DNA from: Paraspadella gotoi | Taxonomy: Eukaryota > Animalia > Chaetognatha | Assembly (NCBI GenBank): GCA_051294375.1 | Contig: CM119267.1 | Location: 13,631,326-13,695,325 of the forward strand | Direction of reading: 5' to 3' | Length of the DNA: 64,000 nucleotides | Part shown: piece after piece, positions 38,401 through 53,400 of the stretch | How positions within the stretch are numbered: the stretch's first letter is position 1 | Layout: each line of letters begins with the position of its first letter | Program-made: the position numbers and the translations under genes | Notes under the pieces: generated by a model | The model's input: only the letters and a program-made list of their open reading frames with translations | Database searches by the model: none | What the model was told of the DNA's origin: nothing

Positions 38401-41400
38401 TAATAATAACTAATAAACACTTATGGCAACAGCAGAGCTGCCTGTGATGCCCATTGGTATGGGCATCTCACTGTTTGGCTTTGGGGCTTTCCGACCCTCA
38501 GTGACAATACCAGTCACTGGCAGCGGTTACCCTACGGAACCATACACGCTTTGCGCAAACGCAGAGGGAAGTCGTAGGACTGTGGATGGAACAACTAACC
38601 TGGGATGGTGGTGTTCCCCTCTGAGGCCAATGGATTTTGGCTGAAGGATGGTTGGAACCGTGAAGGCGGATTATATAGCCACAGCACTGTTGTTTTTCTC
38701 TTTCTGATACAGCATTTTATTTTTCTCATGCTCTTACAATATGCTGCGCTATTAAGAAGAATGCAACTTGGTTGTATTTGCTCTGCGCCGGTTTAGAGCT
38801 TAAAACCACTACAAAATATGTTAGAAATAACTACTATTCTAAGTCGGGAAACCGTGCGCTCAAGCACGAGTCGATTAGAGCCATTTAAAAGGATGCTGCA
38901 GGTAATAATTGTAGCATACCCATAACCAATAATATGTGCGCTAGAAGCTCATTTCTAAGATAANNNNNNNNNNNNNNNNNNNNNNNNNNNNNNNNNNNNN
39001 NNNNNNNNNNNNNNNNNNNNNNNNNNNNNNNNNNNNNNNNNNNNNNNNNNNNNNNNNNNNNNNNNNNNNNNNNNNNNNNNNNNNNNNNNNNNNNNNNNNN
39101 NNNNNNNNNNNNNNNNNNNNNNNNNNNNNNNNNNNNNNNNNNNNNNNNNNNNNNNNNNNNNTTTAACCTCCATTTCTTGACATGTATAAAGAGCCAATAC
39201 TCAAGGGCATTGTAGTATACAGCTAAAAAAAGGGTTCAGCTGCAGTAACATTTTAATTTTTGACAAGGATTTTCGGGCTTGATAATATCCACATCTAATT
39301 CCCCTAAACTCAGCAAAGTAGGGCGTTTTAAAGGGGGAAACCCATCCCATATGATTTTCAATCAAAATATCAATGGGATAGGGTAAACCATCTTCGAGCT
39401 GTGACTCAATCATTCAGAAGGGTTTATGAAGAGCAGCTGTGATTCTTTTGGGTGCTGTTGCAGTTGTTTTTGCAGCAGTGCTTGACGCATTGCATTAATA
39501 GTTAGAACAAGGTCTGGTTAAGTATCTTCCATTAATATTTTTTCTTTAAATGCACCATGCGTCACAAAACGAAAAAATCATAAAAGTACATGGTGACAAT
39601 TTTACAAGCGCCGGTAGTAAAACGCTGTCATTTGCAAACCCATGAATATTTTTTTAATGTTAAATATGAATTTAAAAGTAAAAACACAAACTATTTATAT
39701 ATTCCATTTTTATCACAATCGACTTTGATATGCCTCAGCAATGATAACAGGAAGATGGATTTGAAAATCGTCTCTAATTTTTAAACTCACTTTTTTTAGA
39801 TTTAAGTTTTCTGAAGAAATTTTAAATAAAATAATAAATTCATTGATAGGGAAGCCAGGTACTCTGGGAGTAAATAAACGGGACTGTGAGAGTGTCTTGA
39901 TTGAAAGCTTGCAGGGACCTGCTATGTAATTATCTTGTAAGAGTGATGGAGGCCTTAAACCACCAAAGCCTGTCCAAAGTCAGGGGCAAGAGAGCTTATT
40001 TATTAAATGAATGGATAATTTTTATATTGGTTGTACCAATTTCATTAATATTATTATTTTCTCAAAGCCCTTTCAAATCTAAAGAGTGACGTACTTACGA
40101 ATACTGTAGTATAAAATTTAACTGGCCCAGCTTTAATTTAATTAGGATACTCAAAAACAAAACATCTTTTTAAAAATCAATAGCTGGATAGTAAATTTAT
40201 GATTTTTATCAATTTGTGATTGGCTATCTTAAATCCTCTTTTCTCAGGCTCTTTCATGATACAATTTTATTTTATTTTATGTTACAATAATTTAAACAGG
40301 TGATATATTTCGAAAAAAGATTTAAAATTTTAAATAATTCACTTTTGACAGTTTTAATTGAACCAAGGCTGGGCAGCTTACTTTTTATGTTAGAGCTTTT
40401 GTAAGTATATCATTCTCTTCATATTTTTAAGGGCTTTCTGTGGATATTAATATTGTTAATATTTTAATAAATACTTGGTTTAAAAAAAAAGTTCCAAAAA
40501 AAAATTGAATTTAAAAACTGAGTTGGAAAATGAAACCCAATGATGTAATAGTAATTAATTATTGATTGATTATTTATGCGATGGATAACCAAATATTGAT
40601 GCGATGATAGTCATTCAGTGATGCGATGATAGTCATCGTTGATGCGATGATAGTCATTCAGTGATGCGGAATGAATAGTATGCCATGTCAGGATGCGATG
40701 ATAGTATTTCGTGATGCGATTGATTAATCATTCATGTGTAGTCGATTAGTCATTCAGTGATGCGATGATGTCATTCATTGATGCGATGATTATTCAGTGA
40801 TTGCGATGATGTGTCATTCAGTGATGTGATGTAGTCCTCAGTGATGAATGCGATGACACTCTTCATTCACCACGATAATAGTCATATCAAACAAGGCATA
40901 CGTTAATGTATGAGAGAGAGAAGAGAAGAAAGATAGAGAGAAGCTGGACAGCCGCTGCAAAAGGAACTCGTTTACCAGACGATCAGACGAAGCTGCGAAT
41001 GGAAAAAAAAAAAGAACACATCCAGAGAGGATTAAGAGAGACAACTGGGCCACCCTGCAGAGCTGAATCGTCTTATATATAATAGTTTGAGCAAAATATA
41101 TTACCCACGATTGATCCGAAAAATATTGTTTTATCTTTCCAATCACTACCACGAAACAAGAGCAATCGACGACGATGATGGCGAACGAACGATAATGATA
41201 TACTGATTGACATAAATAAATTTATTGATTAGATAATTAAATAAATCAGATAATTGATTATTTAATATTATTGATGAATAGTTAATTATGTTGATTAAAT
41301 AAACATCTTGTATTTACATTTAATTATAAAAAGAAAAAATAACATTTAGTAAACAAGTTTCATTTCCACTCAACGATTCATCAAACTTGATTTCCAGCTT

Positions 41401-44400
41401 AACACACATTCCAACGACTACAAAATTTCAATTCACTCCCCAATTCGCTGATTGTAATTGCGTTCAACATAGCGAAATAGTTTTTTTTTTTTTTTCCATT
41501 TAAACTCATTTCCACTTGCACGATTCCCTCAAAATTTCATATCCAGTTCAATCACACACTTCCCACCGTCAACAAAATTTTTATTCCAATCATCCATCAA
41601 ATGCAAATAAGTGAGTTTTTTGCTAAGGTGGACGGACAGACGGACATTTTGCAAATTTTCATATTTCGATGTTCTGCAATATAAGTGAATTTCCCGACAA
41701 GATTGAGGAGCGCGACCGACAAAGTGAATTATAGAGTGGATCGCTAAAAAATTGTTTTTGTAACAAATGAGTGTAGGAACTATGAACATGTGAATCTAAA
41801 AGATCTTGCTGATTAGAAGCAAATATCTAATTTTTTTTTTTTTCCCACCATTGAGCTATTTTTAATGTTAAACACGTGATACGATACGGTCAAGAAGCAG
41901 AACAAATTAAACTCTACCCAAGTCGGGCTTTCGCCGCATCAGCCGAGATAAAAGGATACGGCATGATTTCTATCGAAGAATCAGCAAAAAAAACTTTTCA
42001 ATATTAAATTTGAACTCTAAGAGCAAATGGGCTGGTCACGATTAAATTAAATCTGCTGCCTGCATTTTTAAATCAGAATCAAATCATTTTTGCTAACTTT
42101 TAATTAAAAAAATTATGTCCATTTTTGTCCATTTGGATTTTTCTTGAGATTTGACGCCAAGATGTGTGAGAAAAATTTTTACTCTAGCGTTCGGTCTTTC
42201 TTCTTCTTTACCTCTGTGTGGTTCATTTGCGTTTGTCATCTATTGTTTGCTATGATCAACTTTAATTGACTGGTCAAAACTCAAGTTTTTACGTTTTTAT
42301 TACAACCTGTTAAACAAAATAGTTTGATTTACTGATAAAATCTAAGCAAATATAAATATAAATCAACTGAGCTTCTGAACTAAAAAAAATTGGGCAAATA
42401 ATTCAGTACTTTGCTAAAAAATATTTTAAGCCAACTTTTATTTTGTGAGGTTTTTGTGAGTAGCATTTGATTTGGAACATAAACACTGTTTTTAACTCAT
42501 TTTATATAGTTTTAAACAGATGGAGTAAACATAAGTGGTAAAATTAAAAAAAACCCCGCGTTCTTTTAATCCAATGGAAAGCGTCAAGGACTTGTTTTTT
42601 TCTCCAGAATCCGACAGATGTTGCGAAAAAGATTTCCGCAAAATCTGTCATTTTCGTAAATCTGCTTGCAACCAAACTTGACTAAAATCATCTACTACAG
42701 AAGATTTTTTTCTTACATTCCATTTTAAAGATTTTTTTTGATTCAGTGTGATACAAATGCAAAAAATGAAGTGAGAAGGAGAAAAATTCAGAGAGAAGAG
42801 AGAGCATAGGTGAAAAAGACGGAGAAACAGTGGAAAGAAATTATTTATGGAAGAAGTGGAAACTGATAATGATTACGAGAGGAAGAGATAAGAAGAAAAA
42901 GAAAAAGAAATCAGACAGGAGAGAACAGAGTGTAGGAATAAAGGTAAAGGAAGAAAGTAGGACGCGACACAGAGAATGAAGGGAGAAGGAGGAGAATGAG
43001 AGAATGACCGAAATAGAGAAGACAGAAAGTTCAAAGAAAAAAGAAAATAAGAAAAGGAGTGGAAACAGAAAAAAAAGTTTGTCATATCGTCGTCGTTTTT
43101 TGCTCAGTAGTATTAATATAAAACACCGATAGATCTTACGAGCATTTAATCTCTAAAATTGGTTACCATAAAAATCGTTTTTAGTTATTCCTAATTAAGG
43201 CTGATACGTAATATGAGAGATTGTCGTAAAAAATCATATCTTCCGTATTTTTGAAAGCATAAAAATTCACCCAGTGAGATTCTATGTTATAAAGAGAGAA
43301 ACTAAATCCAACGTTTTTTTTAAATAAAAAAGCGTTTCATATTTATCAGTGGGAAAACAAGAATAGTTATTTAAGTTCCAAATTCATTTGTTGAAAATAC
43401 CGGATCTAAATCACTGCATACGGAACGAAAAAGTGATACCGGATTTTTACGTTTTGAAATAACTACCTGTATCATCAGTAACGGTTCCGAAATTATTGAC
43501 ACTGTTAGTGTTAGCGTTGAAAAAAAAAATCATTCGTAAAGTACTTTAAAAACTCTGAAACCGTCGACACAACCAAAAATCTTTTGTAAGCTCCAAACGC
43601 TTCTTCATTGCTTTGTTCATATCAAAGTATTTTTCTAGCAAATTTATATTCCATCATTGTAAGCGCGAATAGCGAAGGAGATCCTAAAATTAATAAGATT
43701 CAATTTTATTTTATTTTTAGCTGGATCTGGTTACAGCAGATTCGCTCATAATTCACTTTGTTGGTCGCCCCCCAACTCATATCATGTCAGAACATCGAAT
43801 TTATGATAAATTATGTAAACAAATTATGTCCGTCCATCCCACCTTAGCAAAAACACAATAACTTGTGATCTTGAAGGACGGATTGGAATGAAATTTTGTT
43901 GTGGGTAGAAAGTGTATAAAATTTCTAATTTTACATTAATAAATTTCTAAAAAGTGAGAAGAACAACATTATACTAATAAATATTTATTATAAAAAATTT
44001 ATAATAAATTTTACCAATTTATGCAGTAACCATATTTACTAGTACTAATCCAATAATGTTAAAATTTTCAAATAGTTTTTTTGTAAATTTTTTGCAATTT
44101 GGATTCGATTGAAAAAGTTTGATATAAAGAATATAACTCTTTTAAAACATCTTTTATTTAAATTTTAAAAAAAAATCCAAATTTAATTTTAAAAAAAAAT
44201 CTTTATATAAATATTAAATTTTAATTTTAACTCTTGAATGACAGAATTTTTAAAAATTATTTATATTTATTATTATTTATTATTTAATTTTATTATTATT
44301 GAGTATATTTATTATGTCATTGACCTTTTAAAAATTTAAAAAATTAAGTTTTATATTGATCAGTTAAGAAATGCCTTGCAATGATGCGAGGAAATTGGCT

Positions 44401-47400
44401 TGTAAAATCGGGTTTCATATTTTCAAACTCACTTTTTTTAGATTTAATTTTTCTTCTTACTTTCAGTAGTTTCCTGAAGAAATTTAAATAAATAATAATT
44501 TTTTATCTTCTGAAAGCCCTTTCAAATCTAAAGAGAATGACATAACTTGCAAATACTCGTAGGTATCAAATTAAACCGGCCCAGCTTTATTATATTAAGA
44601 TACCCAAAAACAAGACAGTCATTTCCAAAAATAATAAGCTGGAGGTAATTTAAGATTTTATAATATTGGATTGGCTTCTAAAATCCCTTTTTTCAGCCTT
44701 TAATATACTTTAAAAAATATAATATTTTATTTTAAATAATTTAATAGTAATATTTTAAAAAGATTTGAAATTTTAGATTATTCAATTTATTGACTCTCTT
44801 ATTGAACAAGGTGGGGCACTTTATTTTTATTTTATAGCTGAAGAACAGTAATTATTGATAAGTGTTATGACAGAACGTTCAATAATAAGCGTCCTAGCTT
44901 TCGGATAGGCTTAACACATGTTAAGGCGGGTTAAGCGCCCCGTCCTCTTAACTGCCGACGACCACGGGCTAAACCCCGTACCTTGGGTTGGGAGGCGAAT
45001 GACTTGCCTCCGCACAATGGCCGTGATGACGGTTTGTGGATTTTAGTCACTATACATCCCCTCCCGAGGAAGATGTCTGTTGTGTCTCTTCAGTGATTGT
45101 TGTTTTGGTGGAATGTTCGTCACAAGTTGAAGGCATGTCGCCTATGTGTGTGGGCGGAAAGTGCATCGCCAGGTTGAGGCATGTCGCCATGAAAGTGTTG
45201 TGTTTGCTGTTGTGTTCGGAAGTCGGCTCACCAATGAAGAGACAGTAATTATGATAAGTGTTAATGACAGGACCGTTCAATATAACATCCCTGAGCTTCG
45301 GATCAGCTGTAACACCATGTACAGGCGGGTTTAAGCCCCCTCCTCTTAACTGCCAGACGACCACCGGGCTAGAACCCGGACATTTGGTTTGGGAGCGAAA
45401 TGCTTGCTCCGGCACAATGGCCGCTGATAACGGTTAGTGGATTTAGTCATATAGAGTTTCGTTAATATCTCTCTCTTTATTTTTTAAAGGGCTTTTTGAG
45501 ATATGATATTTAATATCTTTAATAAATAACTTGTTTTAAAAAAAGCTAAAAGTTAAAAAAAAAAAGAATTTAAAAAAGTGAGTTGGAAAATGAAAACCGA
45601 TTTACAAGCAACTTTCTCACTCATTCCAAGGCATATTTAACTGATCAATATAAATTTGAACACATAAATGATTTAATATGTTCTACTACTAATTTTTAAA
45701 TCAATAAATAAACATGGTTTGCAAATGACAGCGTTTTTCTAACCGCGCTTGTTAAAATTGTCACCATGTATAGCGGTAGCCGACCAATCAAATTTAATGG
45801 AACAGCTTAATAATACATTATTGGTATTAATTATTGTATTAAATATTTTTTTGCAAAAATTTCCGAACCATGATATTCGCTAATTAATAATTATTATATT
45901 GCTATATAATTCAAAAAATTTTTGGGATATTTAAGTTTTTTAATCATTCTGATAGAGCTTAAAAGTAAGAAAAAATATAATTACAATTTTTTAAATTTGA
46001 GTTTTATTACTAAAAATTATAAAAACTCTAAATCATCGGATGATGATTATTTTAAAGGTTTTCCCATTTTTACCAATTATCATCAAAATATTGAAAAAGA
46101 ATTATACTTTGTGTGGACAACTTTTTAAGCTATCCTAATCTGCTTTTAAAATACAAATAAAATATTAATTACTATGCTATAGCCATTTTAGAAAATTTTG
46201 GTCCATTGAAAATTTCTCAAAATGTATTAGTTTCATTTGAAGTTTCCCAAATAACTTCTGACACCCATAACAAGTTTGCTCTAATAGTACATATATAAAT
46301 ATACCTACTGCAAATTGAAAACATAAAATTAATTTTTTTTACAATTAATGTTCATGATGGTATGTGTTCATAATGACATAGATTTTTTATGTACTTTCAC
46401 TACGCTTTAGTGGGTAGGAAAGTGTGTAATTGAGCTGGAAATCTAGTTTCGCTGGAATCGTCCGATTAAAATTAGTTGAAATGGAAAAAAAAAAAAAGTT
46501 TATTTACTATTTAAACGCAATTACATTGTACTCATGATTGATTAAAATTTAGTATGTGGGAAAATAGTGTCATGAGCAGAAATAAAGTTTCGATGGAATC
46601 GTCCAAGTAAAATGAGTTAAAATGGAAAAAAATTAACAATCAGTTATCACTATTTGATTATGCTTTTTTTATTTTATATTAAATGGAAATTCAGCTGCAT
46701 CATTATATTAACAAATAAAGTAATAATTATTTGTTAATTAATTAATTAATTTTGTGATCGAGATTGTTGTTTTGTGATTGAGAGGAGAGACAAGTGGAAA
46801 CGATTTTGACACGAATAAAAAACTAATTAATTATCTGATCAGCTGTTATCGCAGATTCCGGATGTTTTCTCAACTTGTTATAAAATAGATTAATATTGTG
46901 GTTCATATTACGAACCCACAAAAAATGAGCCACGAAACGAGCAAATGGGGGAAAATAGCATNNNNNNNNNNNNNNNNNNNNNNNNNGTTTTCAGTGATTG
47001 GTTGTTGTTAGCGTGAGTGCGTCCCTCGCTTGGGCATGTTGCCTTGCTGTGTTGTGAGCCGGACAGTGCTCGCGGTTGGGCACTTGTGGTGTTGTTGTTT
47101 GGCTGCTTCGTGTTTGAGTGGGCTCTGAGGACCGTTATTGTTATATGTTAGTGCACCTGTTCATATGCCAGTCTCGCTTTAGCATCGGCTGTCCCGGTGT
47201 TTACCAGGCGGCGTTAAGCGCCTCGTCTCCTCACCTGCCCAGGCCCCCGGGCTGCACCGGACCCTTTGGGCTGGGAGCGCATGACCTTGCCTGCGGCACA
47301 CCTGGCCGTGCATGCACGGTTGGTTTTTTTAGTCCCTCATACACCGCTTAAATTCAGCTTTGTCAGACAGGTACTGCCATACTTCTTACGCATTTTTGAA

Positions 47401-50400
47401 CGATGGCCGCGCCAGTTGAGCCAGCTGACGGAGGCTGAGAGAAGAGAGCGAGAGAGAGGGGAGAGGGCGGGAGGAGAGGTGGTAGAGAGACAGAGAGGAG
47501 AGGAGGGAGAGAGAGAGGAGAGGAGAGAGAGAAGAGAGGGATTATTTTATTATCTTGTGAGATTACTATCAACGCCCTACTTTCCCGACTGACAGGGAGC
47601 GGAGATCTTATTTCGCTGCCTTGTCATTGCTTTCTTTCTCCTCCTGCCTTTGCACGGTACTAGATCGGCAGCTCTGAACGAGTCAGAGGTTTTTTTATTA
47701 TTTTTGCGCCATGTGATGATGGCTATTGCATTTTTAGTTTCACCACCTCCGCCCTTTACGATTACCACATTTCGGACATCCACCCCTTCTTTGGACATTT
47801 TCGCCTATAGATTTTTCCGATCTGCTCCTGGTTTGAGTCTTAGATTCCGATCGTTGCCTCCTCTTTTACCTTTTACTTTTTTTTACCATGGGACTCATTC
47901 ACTTTCATGATCGTATCTATTACAAATGACTGTACGATTTGAGAGCGCCTTCAGACCTATTACTATTCGATTTCTGAATCTCGGTTATTGTAAAAAATGA
48001 CATACTTTGCGTTTGACAATTGTATTGAAAGTTGAAGAATCCCTTTATTCAAATATATAAAAAATTGCGTAAAAAATAAAATTTTTCCGAGCGAACAGTC
48101 ATTTGAATCGATGGTTTGAATGTCAAAAATGATGGTTATTTGCTCAAAAGAAAAGACAAAAAAAAATGCGGAGCCCTTCGAATGCACAGGATCGATCGGA
48201 GTGTTTTTACTCTTATTTTTTACTGAATTTTTCCCAGGGTCGTTGACATTATTTGGTAGTCAGATTTTAACGAAATTCATTGAAAAGTTTCCTCGATTTT
48301 AAGAAGGACGTAGACTGCCTACTCAAGATCATAATCGAATGAGACATTTAAATAGATGCGGTTGGGGAAACCGGAAAAGGAATTTTCCCAATAATTGAAT
48401 GAACCAACTTAGGTCTCGAGTCAGATTGCGGGAAAATGGGACGGACGCAATCAAAAAATGCTCCAATGTCATACGAGTTTTTACATTAGTATAATATCAA
48501 AATCTTCATAAAGAATTTAATTCAAGTTTTTAATTTTCAAGACGAACTTGAATGGACGATGATGATGGGCGACTCTCCGCTTGCGAAGGACGAAGATGCG
48601 ACGACGATGACGTAACTGTTGCGCACGACACGTCTGCGTCTCCACAGGTGGCAGCAAATGCTGCATTGGAGGCTGAGTGGAGAATAAAAAGTTACTCAAA
48701 GGTGGGAAAGATTGAGGCGTTCTATAACGTTCGGACTGGATATATTTTATAATATTTTTAGATTTTCTGAATTAATTTCTTCTTCGTCAGCGTTTGCGTT
48801 ACTGCGTCACCACGGTTCAGGCCAGAGCCGCGGCGAAGGCGATGGGTCAGTTTTGAACTATCCGTACTTTTAACCAATCGGAAAGTTTTTTTAATTGGTA
48901 AGTTTAGAAGTTGGTTGAAAATTGAAACATTACATATTAATGAATTTACGGCGTAATGTGTAAGGCATGGAAAAGTTGTGACGATGCGGCAAGGGTCTTT
49001 GCAAATGCACGGACGCAAAAAAGATTCGGCAGAAGTCCAGGGGCATATGTCTGCCTTGCATCGCTGATGCGGGGAACAGAGCGAACAACACCGAAGGGTT
49101 GGGTCGACGGAAAATGGAAGGAGAAACCAGGATATTTGTACCATCGGTTCCACAGAAAACTCAGATTTTAAAAAAAAAAAATTGATTTGAAAAGATATTC
49201 GTTCACCTTGAGCATCATGAAAGAAAAACTTCGTAACAGTAGCGGTTGTTCGAGTGTTTAATGACTGACAGTTTTTTTTCCTCTCTTTTTCTTTCGTGCC
49301 GTAAAATATATAAAAATTTTTTATTATTAGAATAGATTAAAGTGGTAATTCAAACACACCGTGGTCTACACGATATTATTTTAGCACATACACAAGCAGT
49401 GAGTGCTCAAGAGTGATGGAGGCTTAAACACCAAAGCTGTCCAATAGTCATATGGCAAGATAGCTTTATTTATTAATGAAGTGGATAATTTTTATATTGG
49501 TTATATCCAATTCATAAAACGTTTTTTAGTTTAAGTTGTTAAGTCGTAAGTTGAATAGTGTAGTTGATATAGTTTCGCTAAAAGCCCGATTTAACCAAAC
49601 GTCTCGCAGCGTAGTAGGATTATTTATTAAATATTTCACTACTACAATTTAATGCTTGGCAAAGTCCTCGAGCTCGAGAGAAAAGTGCAGATAAGGAGAA
49701 TCCTGGTTTTTTCGGGAGTCGCGTCGGTTAGATAATTATATGCCCTATGTCGAGTCAAAGCTTTCCTTTGGCCTCTCTGGATTTGAGGAGTTGAAATTCT
49801 GTTTTAAAACTAACGTTCTTTACATCTATGGTTAAACCACGTTAGTAGTTATTTTAAAGGTAAGGCGATTTTCTTTTTGACGATGAAGAAATTTCGGAGC
49901 AACAAAGATATTTTTTTACTTATCCGTAATATTGTGATTTTTAAAAATGACGACGAGTTTTTTATCGTGGATTCTGTGATGAGAACTTTGTTATTAAATC
50001 CGAGGTAAGGAAAAGAAATGAATAAAAAAAATAAAAATATATGTATATAATTAGTGTTAAATGATTGGCGTTTTAATTACAAAAAATGGGACGTTTCGAG
50101 CACGGACGGCCATGTCGCGGACTCAGCTAATTGCGATCTTCAGATCAGTCGTGATGCGAATGCGAAAGAAAGTGGAAGGCGGCCTTCGAGATCTTATTGG
50201 GGTGAGAAGGAGAAACGTGATCTACGGGATACCACTAAGTTTGGCCACCGTTTGTGGTAATTTATTGCATTAGCTAGTTCTATAAACAGGGAACTCGCCG
50301 ACAAGTCTTGAGTCGGACCTTTGGCACAATTCGGCTCGAGCGAGCGAGAGTACGCGTTCTTCTTCAAGTATTCAGTTTATTTGGAGAAAATTATCATGTG

Positions 50401-53400
50401 GAAGCGTTTCTTTGACCAGAGTAATTATTAAACAGCGACTTGATTGACTAATTAACAATTGTATTTTCGTGGTCATTTGCTCAATTATGGTCATACTTTA
50501 TTTCATGCCGAAGATTTAGTAATTGCAACCAATGCAGTCTCACGCATCAAACAGACGACGCTATAACGCTGCGAAGAAATGACTGCCGAAGCGTTGTGAA
50601 CAATTACAGCCTCTATAACCTGCAAGCGAGAAAAGGAAGGCACAACAGCGAAGGTATTTTTTATAACGAATAAAATTATTTATTTTCGTTGCGTTACACG
50701 ACTAACATTGAACATCAATACAATGAGCTTACCCATCTAAGGTAGCTCACCTAGTGGAAATCAAAATTTTTTTTCAGCTTGGCTTTGCTGTTTACGAGCA
50801 GACGGGAAATTGGATGAATCGAAGAGGACTCACAGAAGGTGCGACCAAGGCGAAGGAATCGGCGCAGATTTTTTTTCGTCATCAGGCGTCGCTGCAACCG
50901 TCTGACGCGCGGGTTGAATGCCATCCGGGAAAGAAAGAACGTCTACGTGGGAAATCTTGACGTGTCCGCGAGATTGTGAAGGAATCCTTGCAGAAAAGTT
51001 GCAGAAAGGACAGGGTTAGTTCTGCGACGGAAATAAACAAAAGAGCAAATCAATGATTAGTGGGATACGTTATTAAATTACTTCTAAAAAAAACTTATTA
51101 TGAAGATGACCGAGAGAAACGTGGTGGGGTTAGCCCACTCAAGAAGGCGTGCCGAATGGGTCTAGTGTGGAGGAGAATTTCTCGGTCCGTTGCCTTCAAT
51201 TTCGATAAAGAGACAACTTAAACGGCCCGTCATTCTTTCTTTAATGCAAGGTCTCTTTTCAACGAAGCGCAAGAATCAGGACTAATTGGGTTTGCCCCAT
51301 TGAACTATGGGTTTGCCCATTGAAACTATTGGGTTTGCCCTTTGAATATTGGGTTTGCCCATCTGAATTCTATTACTGTAAGATAATGAACAGTCATATA
51401 CTTAATACAAAAATGCCTTTTTTAAAAAAAGATCTTTTACGAAATTAAAAGTTTATCTAAGATCACGCCACTTTCCACTTTTTACCCCGGGGTTGTTCTT
51501 TGCCCCGGATTTCCCTTTCTTTCTTTGCCTTTTCCTTGCCCCACCGGCTGGGGCTTCTTTTTAATTTACGAGCTTTGTGCTGTCTTTATTCTCCTTCCTC
51601 TTTTCCGGGCTTTTCTGTGGCTATTTTTGGGTTCTCTTTCCTCTCTTGGTTTTACACCGTTCCCCCAACCCATTGCTTTCCCACTGGTTGGCCCATGACA
51701 CGCCAATGCTGTTCCTGCTCATTCCTTTTGGTTGCTTTTTCGATGGGTCCCTTTGATGCGCTGCTCGTCTTGTGATGCGTGAACTGTCATTCCGTGCTGG
51801 AGATAAGTCATTCCACGTGCTGACGATGGAGTCTTAAGTGAATGCGGAAATTGCATAGTCATTCAAGTGATGCGATGATAGTCATTCAGTGATGCGATGA
51901 TGTATTCAGTGATGCGATGATAGTATATCGTGATGCGATGATAGTCATTAGTGATGCGTGATAGTCATTCAGTATGCGATGATAGTCATTTGATGCGATG
52001 ATAGTCATTCATGATGTCGATGATATCATTCGAGATGATGCGATGATAGTATTCAGTGATGTCGATGATATGTCATTCAGTTGATGTGATGATAGTCCAT
52101 TCAGTGATGCGATGAAGTCTTATCATTCAGTGATGTGATGATAGTCATTCAGTGATGCGATGACAGTCATTCATTGACGCGATAATAGTCATTCAAACAA
52201 ACATACGTGTATGAGTGAGAGAGAGAAAGAGAAAGAAAGATAGAGAGAAGCTGGACAGCCGCTGCAAAGGGAACTCGTTTTAAGACGAATCAGAAGAAGC
52301 TGCGATGGAAAAAAAAAAAAGAGAGAGCGACATATAATTAAAAGAGAGAAACAGAGAGAAACTGGGCAGCCACTGCAGAGCTGAAATCGTCTATATATAT
52401 AATAAGTTTGAGCAAACAATATCGGATCTACCCACGATTTGATCCGAAATATTTGTTTTTAGGTCTTTTCATCACTGACCACGACANNNNNNNNNNNNNN
52501 NNNNNNNNNNNNNNNNNNNNNNNNNNNNNNNNNNNNNNNNNNNNNNNNNNNNNNNNNNNNNNNNNNNNNNNNNNNNNNNNNNNNNNNNNNNNNNNNNNNN
52601 NNNNNNNNNNNNNNNNNNNNNNNNNNNNNNNNNNNNNNNNNNNNNTAAATAAATTTATTGATTGAATAATTAAATAATAGATAAACTGATTGATTTAATA
52701 ATTAATTGACTGAATAATTAATTATTTGATTAAATAAACATCTTGTATTTACATTTAATATAAAAGAAAAATAATCAATTAGTGAAACAAGTTTCATTTC
52801 CACTCAGAAGATTCCATCGAAACTTGATTTCCAGCTTAATCACACACTTTCCTACCCACATACAAAATTTCAATTCACTCCCCCAATTCGCTGATTGGTA
52901 ATTGGCGTTCAAATAGAGAAATAGATTTTTTTGGTTTTTTTTTCATTTAAACTCATTTCCACTTGCACGATTCCCTCAAAATTTCATATCCAGTTCAATC
53001 ACACACTTCCCTACCGTCACACAAAATTTTATTCCAATCCATCCATCAAATGACAAATAATTGGAGTTTTTTGCTAAGGTGGGACGGACAGACGGACATT
53101 TTTTTGGCAAAATTTATCATAATTCGATGTTCTGACATGATATAAGTGAATTCCCGACAAGATTGAGGGGGCGGACCGACAAAGTGAATTATAGAATGGG
53201 GATCCGACTAAAAATTGTTTTGTAAATAAATGAGTGTAGGAATATGAAACATGTGAATCTAAAAGATCTTGCTGATTAGAAGCAATATCTAAATTTTTTT
53301 TTTTCCCCACTTGAGCTATTTTTAATGGTAAAACAGCGTGATGACGACTACGGTCAAAGAAGCAGAAACAAATTAAAATCTCACCCAAGTCGGGCTTTCG

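Larger units (their letters stand above)
39640..46961 (+). repeat. ~7-kb direct duplicate of 54100-60797 (third partial copy 51850-54065)
   Basis: Colinear sequence differing mainly by 1-nt indels; ends at an N gap. Confidence 0.85.

Noticed and set aside
46987-47900. Novel GC-rich or low-complexity locus
   Set aside because: Garbled copy of the TRIM interior and LTR followed by low-quality sequence next to a gap.
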